Shown: in pieces, positions 26,898-35,139 of the stretch
Numbering within the stretch: the first letter of the stretch is position 1
Layout of the letters: each line of letters begins with the position of its first letter
Source of the DNA: a virus
Lineage: Duplodnaviria; Caudoviricetes
Length of the DNA: 54,787 nucleotides
Direction: 5' to 3' (one strand)
Virus record (IMG/VR): IMGVR_UViG_3300036790_000516
Coordinates: 1-54,787 of that record
Notes under the pieces: generated by a model
Told to the model about the DNA's origin: nothing
The model's input: the letters and a program-made list of their open reading frames with translations, nothing else
Databases searched by the model: none
Position numbers and translations under genes: made by a program

Positions 26898-27395
26898 GTG
26901 AGCGACGAACAAGATGGCGGCAAGATGTCCGAAGAGATGGCGGAAGAAGCATTACAACGCGAACGGGCCAAATACCTTGAGGAGTTTGGGAAAGTCGGTC
27001 CACACAAGATGCCTGACCAGGGAGGTAAAACTATGGCAATGACTGCTGCCAGTGACTGCTTTTATTGTGACGCTTTATGGGAAATAGATGCGGAACGAAA
27101 GCTGCATCGGCATCCCGATGGAACTGCTTTCGTATATCCCTGCTCGGACGGAAAGTTGCCAGATTATTCACGTATCGTTAGCCAAGATACAGAAACACTT
27201 CTCTCCATTGCTAGGAAGAACGTAGACGATTGGGCCAAGGTTGCCGGTGAGAGGGAACAACTACTGGCCGCCGAGCGCACGAAAACGAAGCGGCTGCGGG
27301 AACTAATGTTGAATGTACTAGATATGGATGGTGATTGGGAAGATAGAGAGCATGCGATGCGGGCCGTGCTTGCCGAGACGGGAGACCAAGCGTGA
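26898..27395 (+). CDS. Hypothetical protein (low-GC insert between polymerase halves)
   Basis: AAGGAGG SD before GTG; second in-frame GGAGG-ATG internally. Confidence 0.6.
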   Translation: MSDEQDGGKMSEEMAEEALQRERAKYLEEFGKVGPHKMPDQGGKTMAMTAASDCFYCDALWEIDAERKLHRHPDGTAFVYPCSDGKLPDYSRIVSQDTETLLSIARKNVDDWAKVAGEREQLLAAERTKTKRLRELMLNVLDMDGDWEDREHAMRAVLAETGDQA

Positions 27396-27577
27396 TCGAT
27401 AGACTGTACACGACGCGCTTCTATCCATGCGGCTGTAGCGCAAACGGTCCTGGGGACGTGCCGCCATATTGTCCGATTCACCGTTCCCTGATCGACATGG
27501 AGAATCTGCTTTCCGACCCAAATACCAGCAAGTATTTTATTAGCGAGCCTCCAGAGTTGGCCGAGACGGGAGAGTGA
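27392..27577 (+). CDS. Small Cys/His protein
   Basis: GTGA coupling; CGC...CPIH. Confidence 0.6.
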   Translation: MIDRLYTTRFYPCGCSANGPGDVPPYCPIHRSLIDMENLLSDPNTSKYFISEPPELAETGE

Positions 27578-27579
27578 CC

Positions 27580-27750
27580 ATGGCGACCAAGAGGACGAAG
27601 GGGAAGCGGTGCCGAAAATGTCGTCATGCGAAGACATCGCACAGAAGCTATGGCTCAAAGTTGTGCAAGGCTAAGGGCGACATGTGCGGATGCCCCGGAT
27701 GGTCACCACAACGCGTTTCCGGCGCTCGTAACCTGAAAGGGGACGGCTGA
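27580..27750 (+). CDS. 56-aa zinc-finger-like protein (not in ORF track)
   Basis: MATKRTKGKRCRKCRHAKTSH...C......CGC; GGGAG SD. Confidence 0.65.
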   Translation: MATKRTKGKRCRKCRHAKTSHRSYGSKLCKAKGDMCGCPGWSPQRVSGARNLKGDG

Positions 27751-27751
27751 G

Positions 27752-28561
27752 ATGACGAAGCTGACGGACGAAGAGCTGGCAGCACAACGTAGACTGTGCG
27801 GGCATCCGGCGCATGTCGGAAGTGTGTGCGCCCGTATGCTCGACAATATCGACGCCCTCCAGCGCGAGAACGCCGAGTTGCAGGCCAAGCTCGCGCCGGG
27901 TCCCTGCCCGCAGAAGCATCCGGCGATGTTCTGGCATGTCGTCACAGAGGACGTTCATTTCCCTCAAGACCCTCCAGGAACGATCCGCTTCAAGAGTAGC
28001 GGTCCCATCTGCGACCTCTGCCTCGCCCTGTCCCGCGTTGCGGATGACGCGACAGTGGCAGAGCACAGTAACCACGTTCAATTCGCGGCGGATATGTATT
28101 CCATTCTCGTTGACCCTTGCGCGGACGGCTCGATCAAAGAGGCTGAGATGTTCGAAACGCTAAAGCGTGCGGCGACGGAACAGCGAGAGACAATTTACCG
28201 TCACGCGGAGGAGTTGAAACGCGCTGCCGATACCGGGAGAGCGACGGGACTGAGTGATGCCGCAGAGCACATGTGTCTGTTTATTGACGAGGATTGGACC
28301 GTTAAATGTTCCTGCGGCTGGTCGAAAAAGTGTAACGAGCGTGAGTACACAAACCTTTTTGCTGGGCACATCCGTGCCCTCGACCCGTCCGCAGCCAAGG
28401 CCCTCGAGGAGACCCACCCCCGCGAGGACATCATCTCCGAGTCCACCGTCACAAACGGCATGGTCGAGATCGGCGGACGGCGCATCGCCGCGCCGGGCTT
28501 CCCCGAGGGCCAAAAGGTCGAGGTCGTGGCGCGGGAACGGCGGGAGCGGCAGGGGCGATGA
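27752..28561 (+). CDS. Hypothetical mosaic protein
   Basis: MTKLTDEELAA N-terminus, coiled coil, Cys pairs; ATGA-coupled to the polymerase. Confidence 0.6.
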   Translation: MTKLTDEELAAQRRLCGHPAHVGSVCARMLDNIDALQRENAELQAKLAPGPCPQKHPAMFWHVVTEDVHFPQDPPGTIRFKSSGPICDLCLALSRVADDATVAEHSNHVQFAADMYSILVDPCADGSIKEAEMFETLKRAATEQRETIYRHAEELKRAADTGRATGLSDAAEHMCLFIDEDWTVKCSCGWSKKCNEREYTNLFAGHIRALDPSAAKALEETHPREDIISESTVTNGMVEIGGRRIAAPGFPEGQKVEVVARERRERQGR

Positions 28562-30195
28562 CCACGCGCGGCTATCTCGGCCAGGTATTCGAGGTGCGCC
28601 CGGTGCTCGCCGCGATGGAGGACCGCGGGATGCCAATTGACGACGCCGCGCGCATCGCCCTGGACGCCGAGTTCACCATCGCGCAACGGGCGCTGGGCGA
28701 GGAGCTGGCCGCCGCCGCGCCGGCCGCCTGCCGCCGCGTCCACCCGAAGGACGGCTACAAGGGGATGCCGCCGGAGGTCAAGGAGTGGCAAAAGCAGGTT
28801 GGTCTGCTCATCACGCCCAACGAACATCGCTTCCAAGAGAAGGGCGACGGCGAGCAATACATCTACGAGGTCCGTACTTTCAACGTCGCCATCATCGATC
28901 CCGAGACGGGAGAACCGACCACAGTAGCCACAACGCGTTGGGCACGCGTCTACGATTTCAACCCGAACAGCAGTCAGCAGCTCCTCGCCTACATGGACGC
29001 GCGGGGGCATAAGCGCCCCAAGTCGCGCAAGAACGAGGACGACGACGGCAACGCCAGGGACACCACGGCCAAGAAGGACCTGCAGCGCCTGGCCTACGAC
29101 CACGACGATCCCTTTTATCTCCGCGTCATCGAGTACCGGGAACTCTCCAAAGCGCGGGGCACCTACATCGACGGGTTCAAGCCGGGCGCCGATGGCTGCG
29201 TCCACACGGCGTTCGGCTTCGCGGGCACCGGGCAGCTCACCTCGCGCAATCCCAACGTGCAGAACTTCCCCAAGCACGGGAGGCTGGCCAAGGCCCTGCG
29301 GCGAATGATCGCGCCGCCGCCGTCCGAGGACCGCGTCGTCATCGAACTCGACTACCGCGCTTTCCACGTGCTGATGACCGGCTTTGCGGCGGAATCGGCG
29401 AACTGGATGCGTCTGGCGCGCCTCGACATGCATTCCTTCGTCGCCTGGCATTTTATGAAGCTGCCCAGCGCCGACGGCCTGTTCGTCCTCGCCGACGATG
29501 ATCTATCCGAACGCCTCGAATGGTTCAAGTCCGACCCCAAACGCGCGTGGGTGCGGGACAAGCAGGCCAAGCCGTCGGACCTCGGCATCGGCTTCGGCAT
29601 GGGGCCTCGCCGCCTGTTCCAGGAGAACATGGAGTATTTCGACGGCGAGCGCGAGGCCCGGAAGTTCCACGACATGCTGCACGGGATATTCCCCGACGTG
29701 ATTTGCGTCTGCCGGGTCGGCGAGCGATGCGACGCGTGGCAGCACCGGGTTCGCTTCGAGGCGCACGAGAAACAGCGGCTGACGACGCCATTCGGCCACC
29801 ACCGCCGGTTCTACGAGGTGTTTCGCTGGGACGCCAAGCGCATGGGATGGGCCAAGGGGGATCAGGCGGAGGAGGCGGTCGCGTTCGTGCCGGCCAATCT
29901 CGCCCACGGCCATCTGCGCGAGGTGATGAAGGACATGAGGCGCGCGGGGCACGACGACCGCTACCGGATGGGCGACCAGATCCACGACGCGCTGGTGTTC
30001 TTCCCGCGGCGCGAGGAGGCCGATGCCTGCCTGGCGGATGTCAGCGCCGCGATGACCGCGCCCAGCCGGGTGATCAGCCATCCAACGCTCGCGCCGGGAG
30101 GCCTGTGGTGCGGGGTGGATGCCAAGATCGGGCCGAACTGGGCTGGGATGGAGAAGGTTAAGATTCGGGCGACGACGACAAAAGGAGTCCGCTAA
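28558..30195 (+). CDS. Family A DNA polymerase, thumb/palm/fingers only (C-terminal half of split enzyme)
   Basis: MEDRGMPID, FNPNSSQQ, YRELSK..GTY, TGQLTSRNPNVQN, motif A DYRAFH, motif B R...AKPSDLGIGFG, TPFGHHR, motif C QIHDAL, G.NW. Confidence 0.92.
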   Translation: MTTRGYLGQVFEVRPVLAAMEDRGMPIDDAARIALDAEFTIAQRALGEELAAAAPAACRRVHPKDGYKGMPPEVKEWQKQVGLLITPNEHRFQEKGDGEQYIYEVRTFNVAIIDPETGEPTTVATTRWARVYDFNPNSSQQLLAYMDARGHKRPKSRKNEDDDGNARDTTAKKDLQRLAYDHDDPFYLRVIEYRELSKARGTYIDGFKPGADGCVHTAFGFAGTGQLTSRNPNVQNFPKHGRLAKALRRMIAPPPSEDRVVIELDYRAFHVLMTGFAAESANWMRLARLDMHSFVAWHFMKLPSADGLFVLADDDLSERLEWFKSDPKRAWVRDKQAKPSDLGIGFGMGPRRLFQENMEYFDGEREARKFHDMLHGIFPDVICVCRVGERCDAWQHRVRFEAHEKQRLTTPFGHHRRFYEVFRWDAKRMGWAKGDQAEEAVAFVPANLAHGHLREVMKDMRRAGHDDRYRMGDQIHDALVFFPRREEADACLADVSAAMTAPSRVISHPTLAPGGLWCGVDAKIGPNWAGMEKVKIRATTTKGVR

Positions 30196-30482
30196 TGCCG
30201 CTGCGACTGCTTGCGCACGAGATCAAGGACGTACGAGACGCTGTTCTGGACTCGATTCGGGGCCGCTACGACACTTACACCTGTCCCGACTGCGACGCCA
30301 ACGTGGAAGTGGATAGCGCCTCGGCCGTGACCATCTTGGACCATTCGATCCCGCCGCTGGTCGACCGCATCCTGGCTATCGTTCACAACGCGGTGCATCG
30401 GGGGATGGCCGAGGCGCAGGCGTCGCCCCCGCCCGCAACCGCTCGATCAGCGCCAGACGATACGCCGCCGCCGCGTCCCTAG
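30195..30482 (+). CDS. Hypothetical protein
   Basis: AAGGAG SD, TAATG coupling, CPDC. Confidence 0.55.
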   Translation: MPLRLLAHEIKDVRDAVLDSIRGRYDTYTCPDCDANVEVDSASAVTILDHSIPPLVDRILAIVHNAVHRGMAEAQASPPPATARSAPDDTPPPRP

Positions 30483-31095
30483 CGTCGTCCTTGTGCGTGC
30501 GGGCGAGGTAGTGATACATCACCGGCGCGGCGGCGATGGCGACCGTTGTCAAGGGCCATCGCGCCGTCCCGATCGCGCCAACGTCCCCGACGAATCGCTC
30601 GCTGCGCACCAGCCCGGTTGCCCGCAGCCGATCCGCCCAGCGGTGGTCCTCGCCGTAGCCGCCTTCCATGGGGACCGCCAGCGCCAGCCCCCGGCGGATC
30701 GGGTTCAGATGGGAGATGTCGCGCCAGTAGAGACGGCCGTCGTCGTGCCATCCCTTCGCGGCGAGGGAGTGGATGGTCGTGCCGAAGGGGGTCCCGTCGA
30801 TGTGGCATTGGAGGCGGAATCCGATCTGGTCGACGACGCCGTCGAGGAGCGGGAGGATGCGGGCGACATAGTCCGGGGGAAGAACATCATCGTCATCGAC
30901 GAAACACAGGTAGTCCGCCCTGGACGCCTGCCGCATCTCCTCGCGATTCCCGCCGAGCGGCAACCTGTCGTCGAAGCGATGGATACGAACGTTCACGCGA
31001 GGCTCGACCTGTGGCTCCAGGATGGCGAGCAGTTGGGCAAGGAACGGCCAGCGGGATGGTTGCGTAAGGATCAGGATGTCCCAGGTGGCGTTCAT
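30376..31095 (-). CDS. Glycosyltransferase family 2-like
   Basis: DILILT, LG.NR, YLCFVDDDD, GED..W. Confidence 0.8.
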   Translation of the reverse strand: MNATWDILILTQPSRWPFLAQLLAILEPQVEPRVNVRIHRFDDRLPLGGNREEMRQASRADYLCFVDDDDVLPPDYVARILPLLDGVVDQIGFRLQCHIDGTPFGTTIHSLAAKGWHDDGRLYWRDISHLNPIRRGLALAVPMEGGYGEDHRWADRLRATGLVRSERFVGDVGAIGTARWPLTTVAIAAAPVMYHYLARTHKDDARDAAAAYRLALIERLRAGATPAPRPSPDAPRCER

Positions 31096-31178
31096 GGCTG
31101 CTCGCACCGGGACACGAGGATGATCAGCGCCACCACCGACAGCACAGCCATCACCGCGTCGAACCAATGTCCGCTCAT
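31092..31178 (-). CDS. 28-aa membrane peptide
   Basis: ATGA-coupled at both ends; MSGHWFDAVMAVLSVVALIILVSRC. Confidence 0.5.
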   Translation of the reverse strand: MSGHWFDAVMAVLSVVALIILVSRCEQP

Positions 31179-31780
31179 GGCCGCTCGCCCCCATCGACCA
31201 GCACGACGTTCTCCGCGCTTGTGTACGATATGGTATACCCAAGGCCCTCCGCCAGCGCCGTCACGCGGTCCAGGCGGTCGTCGTACTCCAGCACGATCAC
31301 CAGCGGCTTGACCCGGTCCCAAGGCCAGCGCTCGAAAATCTCGACCGACGTGCCCTCGGTGTCGATCGAGACGGCCAGAAGCTTGCCGCCGTCGAGGATC
31401 GCCGGGAACTCGTCCACCAGCTCGACGACGGTCGCCTGCGGGACGTAGAAAGGTTCGCTGAACTCCACCTGCCCGCGCCAGTTCATGTAGTTGCGCGCCT
31501 CGGAGGTCGACAGCAGGCCAGCCTCCCAGAACGGCGCGAGACGATGGGAGACGCCGACCGCCGCGTGGACCAGGCGGAGGCGTTGGTTGCGGCCGTGGCG
31601 CGCCAGGAGATTGTCGAAGGCGCGCGAGGGCTCGACCAGCACGCCGGGCCAGCCCTTTTCGACCAGCGCCAGGGTGTTCGAGGCGAAATGGCCGTCGTTG
31701 GCGCCGATGTCGAGGAACGAGCCGCTGCGCCCGCTAACGGCGTCCAGGATCCACTTTTCCTCCTGCGACTGGGAGTACAT
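31175..31780 (-). CDS. FkbM-family methyltransferase
   Basis: YSQ..EE, FLDIGANDG..SNT, GW.GVLVEP, SIDTEG. Confidence 0.88.
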   Translation of the reverse strand: MYSQSQEEKWILDAVSGRSGSFLDIGANDGHFASNTLALVEKGWPGVLVEPSRAFDNLLARHGRNQRLRLVHAAVGVSHRLAPFWEAGLLSTSEARNYMNWRGQVEFSEPFYVPQATVVELVDEFPAILDGGKLLAVSIDTEGTSVEIFERWPWDRVKPLVIVLEYDDRLDRVTALAEGLGYTISYTSAENVVLVDGGERP

Positions 31781-31956
31781 CAACGGTCCTTGGATTCCAG
31801 TCCGTCTTCAACGGCACGCAGAGACTTCCATGCGAGATCGGCTAGGCGCAAGGCCCTCCCAACAGGCCAGTTCTTGCGTGACACATAGTTGCGCTGTAGG
31901 GAGATTTGGGCCAGCCAGGTCGCAACGAAAATGCGCTTGAAGGAATCTTCAGTCAT
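31780..31956 (-). CDS. 58-aa hypothetical protein (not in ORF track)
   Basis: MTEDSFKRIFVATWLAQ...; coupled at both ends. Confidence 0.6.
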   Translation of the reverse strand: MTEDSFKRIFVATWLAQISLQRNYVSRKNWPVGRALRLADLAWKSLRAVEDGLESKDR

Positions 31957-32642
31957 TTCGAGCCCTCGATAACGCCGCGCAACTTCTCCACGTCCCCAGC
32001 CCGCTCCGCCGCCAGCGACCTATAAAGCGCCGTAGGGTCCTGCGCCGCGTGGCGGGCCAACCGCTCCCGCGTGTTCCCGTCCATGGCCGCCTTCCCGTAG
32101 ATATAATGACAATGTTCGATCAGCAGGTCCGGGAGATAGACGCGGCGCCCCAACGCTTTCGCAACGTCCTCGTTCCAGGTGTCGCCGCCGTAGTCGGATT
32201 CGAAGTAAGGCGCGGCCATGTAGCCCAGCGTCTGGACCCAGCGGCGGCTTAGGAACGGATGTGGGATCGCGGTGCCATGGACGACGCCGTCGTCACCGCC
32301 GACGAGGACGATCCTGTCGGGGACGCGGGCGAACGCCTCCTCGACCATTGCGTTCCAGCCGGGCGTTCGAAAGACAATGTCGTCGTTCGCCAGCATGAGA
32401 ATCCCGCCCAGCGCCTGGGGGACCAGCTCGTTCCAGTAGCGGGTCATCACCCGGTCGCGCGCGCCGACGACGACCTTCGCGCCGGTTTGGCCCGCCGACC
32501 TCGCGCTTACCGGATCGTCATCGTCGAACCGGGCGAGGATTTCGATGGCGGACTCGTCGCCGTCCAGCGCCGCATAGGCGGAGTCGGCCATCCGCGCGAA
32601 CTCCATCGGGCGTTTACGGGAGGGTAGCAAGATGCTGATCAT
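31953..32642 (-). CDS. Glycosyltransferase family 2-like
   Basis: ISILLPSR.RP, DDDD, ANDD..F.T.GW, GDTW, IEH.H. Confidence 0.8.
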   Translation of the reverse strand: MISILLPSRKRPMEFARMADSAYAALDGDESAIEILARFDDDDPVSARSAGQTGAKVVVGARDRVMTRYWNELVPQALGGILMLANDDIVFRTPGWNAMVEEAFARVPDRIVLVGGDDGVVHGTAIPHPFLSRRWVQTLGYMAAPYFESDYGGDTWNEDVAKALGRRVYLPDLLIEHCHYIYGKAAMDGNTRERLARHAAQDPTALYRSLAAERAGDVEKLRGVIEGSK

Positions 32643-32645
32643 CGC

Positions 32646-32675
32646 TCACGCCGCCCAGTAGACGCCCGACGCCGC
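32646..32675 (-). pseudogene. Orphaned duplicate 3' end of the upstream glycosyltransferase (AASGVYWAA*)
   Basis: Matches the C-terminus GASGPYWEA* encoded at 33340-33369, on the other side of the RNA ligase. Confidence 0.7.
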
Positions 32676-32681
32676 ACTTCC

Positions 32682-33338
32682 TTATCGCCTTCCCGCAACA
32701 AAGTCCCTCGTCTTGAGTTTTATGATGACGCGTTCACCACGCCCGTCGAATAAGGTTCCAATGGGCCGCGCCACCACGCCCTCCGCCAGTCCCATCCCAA
32801 TGTTTGAAGCAAACGGTAACCGCACCAACGCGACGATTTCAGATAACGACATGCGCCCCAGATAGGGCACAGTGTCTATTCCCAGCTTTGCGGCGACTTC
32901 GTTCACGGCATCGCGCTCCAGCCACCATTTTCCATCCACGAGAGCGTCGAACAAGATGAAGCTTTTGTCGGGACGATAGGCACCTCCTTTCCGGATACCA
33001 GCACCATACCCCTCGCCGTACAGGACAATCTGCGTAGGCTCTACCCACAATTCTCGCATCTTATTGGATGGGAACATGGCGATAAGCGTCTGAATGAACT
33101 CAGCGGGAAGCATCGCCCTTTGTGACCGGCCCCCAAACGAAACGTCGCCATTCGCAGAGAGCATCACTCGTACGTTGGTCCCATCGATCTTCTCGGTCAC
33201 ATCCCATTCAGCAATCGTCGCCAGAACGGGAGATTTGATCTTCGTTGGGTCTACAACGAATGTGGCATCATCTCGTTTAAACAACGTGTCGATCTTGGGG
33301 TATTCAGGTCCCTCGATAACAGTCTGTACCATAGCCAT
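32682..33338 (-). CDS. Rnl2-like ATP-dependent RNA ligase
   Basis: YPKI, TEKIDGTN (motif I), LYGEGYG, FILFD, EGVVARP, KLK; lower GC. Confidence 0.85.
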   Translation of the reverse strand: MAMVQTVIEGPEYPKIDTLFKRDDATFVVDPTKIKSPVLATIAEWDVTEKIDGTNVRVMLSANGDVSFGGRSQRAMLPAEFIQTLIAMFPSNKMRELWVEPTQIVLYGEGYGAGIRKGGAYRPDKSFILFDALVDGKWWLERDAVNEVAAKLGIDTVPYLGRMSLSEIVALVRLPFASNIGMGLAEGVVARPIGTLFDGRGERVIIKLKTRDFVAGRR

Positions 33339-33339
33339 T

Positions 33340-33999
33340 TCACGCCTCCCAGTACGGCCCGCTTGCCCCATACCTGAATCCAAGATGATTCATGCGCACG
33401 CCCGGCATCACGCCGACCCTGAATCCGGCCGCCTCGATCTCCCGGCAGATGGTCTCGTCGGTGTGCCGGGGCTCGCAGGCGGCGAATGTCTTGAGGATGC
33501 CGCGGCGGACGAAGGCGACGCCGCCGACGCTATGGCGGTCGATGATCTCAGATGGCCAGGCGGCAGCGGTTGACCTGTCGGATGACCAAGTGTCCCACTC
33601 AGCGATAAGATTGGCGTTCTCGATCACGCTCACCGCCGTCAGCAGGCCGTACGCGGGATTGGCCCGCAGGATGCGCACGCCGTCGGCGACGAACGTCCTG
33701 CCGAGGATCAAACAGTCGTCGTCGGCGACGATGTAAACGTCCCCCGCCGCGTGCTCCTCGGCGAAACGCTTGGCTTCCATGTGAAACTGGCTCCCGTTCG
33801 AGTCCGTCGAGTGAGCCCGCTGCAAATAGACCTTGGCGTCCTTTTGCATCCACCAACGCCCATGAACCAAGACGGCCATACTATGCCGTAAATCGCGACG
33901 TTCTCCCGACGGAATCCAAGACCGCACGAACACGTCGATCCTCTCCGCCTCCGCCACCTCCGCCGCCCCGCCCGCCTCACCCGGCATCGCCAGATCCAT
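33340..33999 (-). CDS. Glycosyltransferase family 2-like
   Basis: YIVADDDCL, GGVAFVRR, D...C......GF.V, NHLG. Confidence 0.7.
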   Translation of the reverse strand: MDLAMPGEAGGAAEVAEAERIDVFVRSWIPSGERRDLRHSMAVLVHGRWWMQKDAKVYLQRAHSTDSNGSQFHMEAKRFAEEHAAGDVYIVADDDCLILGRTFVADGVRILRANPAYGLLTAVSVIENANLIAEWDTWSSDRSTAAAWPSEIIDRHSVGGVAFVRRGILKTFAACEPRHTDETICREIEAAGFRVGVMPGVRMNHLGFRYGASGPYWEA

Positions 34000-34393
34000 C
34001 GCCGCCCTTTAGCCACGCTCCCTGCGCCGCCGCATCGTTCGCCCCCGTCCACGCCTCCACCTTCACCTTGCGCTTGGCTTGGCGCCGGGCGAACCGCTCC
34101 TGCGCATTCGGCAGCGGCGGATACTTGAGCGCCAACGCTACAGCCTCGCCGGCCAGCCTGGCCACCTCTTTCGCCGTTGGCGGCGTCGGGCTCCGGTGGT
34201 ACTGGAGGTCCAGCAGCCCAGTGATCTTGTCGATCACCGTGTTCAGCCGCGGCTGGTCCCAGCGCGGCTTACGCGCCGACAGCACCTCCCCGAACCACGC
34301 CCGCACCTCCGGCACGTCAAATGGCATGCCGCGCTCCCGCACCGGTTCAAACCTCGCGCTAAACTCCGTCAGATCCAAGTCCAGAATCGCCAT
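33977..34393 (-). CDS. Hypothetical protein
   Basis: GGAGGAG SD; high-GC3 codons. Confidence 0.6.
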   Translation of the reverse strand: MAILDLDLTEFSARFEPVRERGMPFDVPEVRAWFGEVLSARKPRWDQPRLNTVIDKITGLLDLQYHRSPTPPTAKEVARLAGEAVALALKYPPLPNAQERFARRQAKRKVKVEAWTGANDAAAQGAWLKGGDGSGDAG

Positions 34394-34619
34394 CGCCGCT
34401 CCTCCCCCCTCGCCGCTTGTTGAACACCTCGGCCAGTAATCGTTTCACGGCCATCCCTGGGTCCTGATACCACGACCGCCGAGGCCGGGGAAACCGCACG
34501 TTCGCCGCCCCCTCAAGCAACTCCAGCGTCGCTGGATCGTAGTACCGGAGCCAGTTGAAGCATAAATAGCGTAGATACTGACCACGTTGTAGGTCAAATT
34601 TTTGTTGGGGCGTATACAT
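34359..34619 (-). CDS. Hypothetical protein
   Basis: First ORF downstream of the AT-rich region. Confidence 0.5.
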   Translation of the reverse strand: MYTPQQKFDLQRGQYLRYLCFNWLRYYDPATLELLEGAANVRFPRPRRSWYQDPGMAVKRLLAEVFNKRRGGRSGDGDSGLGSDGV

Positions 34620-35085
34620 GAGGCAAGATTATTGGCGCATGTGAGATACCATGTCAAGGACTCTTTTAGGCCCGCGATGGATGGAAGACCGCACAAAATT
34701 GACGAAATATATGTATACGAGGGATGTGTTACAGAATTGAATTCCATATTGCGTGGGCGCTATAACGTTGTTACGTCGTAGGTTGCCAGAACCCGCTATG
34801 GTAGACAAGCATCGATGTTTTATTCCATTATGGAGTGCAAAATGCCATTATGTAGTATCGAAAATCGGCGTTGTGGACTCCATATTGCAAAACTAAGTCG
34901 TTGAGTCTATAGGTACTTACATAGCCGATTCGGTTCGTTGCAATATGGAGTTCCTATACCTACCTACCTACCGTATGCTGTAGCTACGTCCACGCGTTTA
35001 CCCCGCGTGTACTCCGCTTTTAAAAAAAAAATAACGTGCGCCGACGGCGTCGTATCTCAAAACCGCTTTCTCCCCCTTTCGCCTT
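34620..35085. other. AT-rich non-coding region (candidate origin or packaging site)
   Basis: Sharp GC drop, TCCATATTGC x3, TACC tandem, T4A11 tract. Confidence 0.55.
34877..34951. repeat. Perfect 14-bp inverted repeat ACTCCATATTGCAA with 47-nt spacer
   Basis: 34877-34890 is the reverse complement of 34938-34951. Confidence 0.9.
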
Positions 35086-35139
35086 AACTATTGTCGGCGG
35101 GAAATGTCGGCGGATGGGGTAGTTTCGTTACATTGTTGG

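Noticed and set aside
26885-28557. Group I/II intron or split intein explaining the polymerase gap
   Set aside because: The gap is filled by tightly coupled small ORFs; I saw no intron core, maturase or intein terminal motifs. Not formally excluded without Infernal or RT-PCR.
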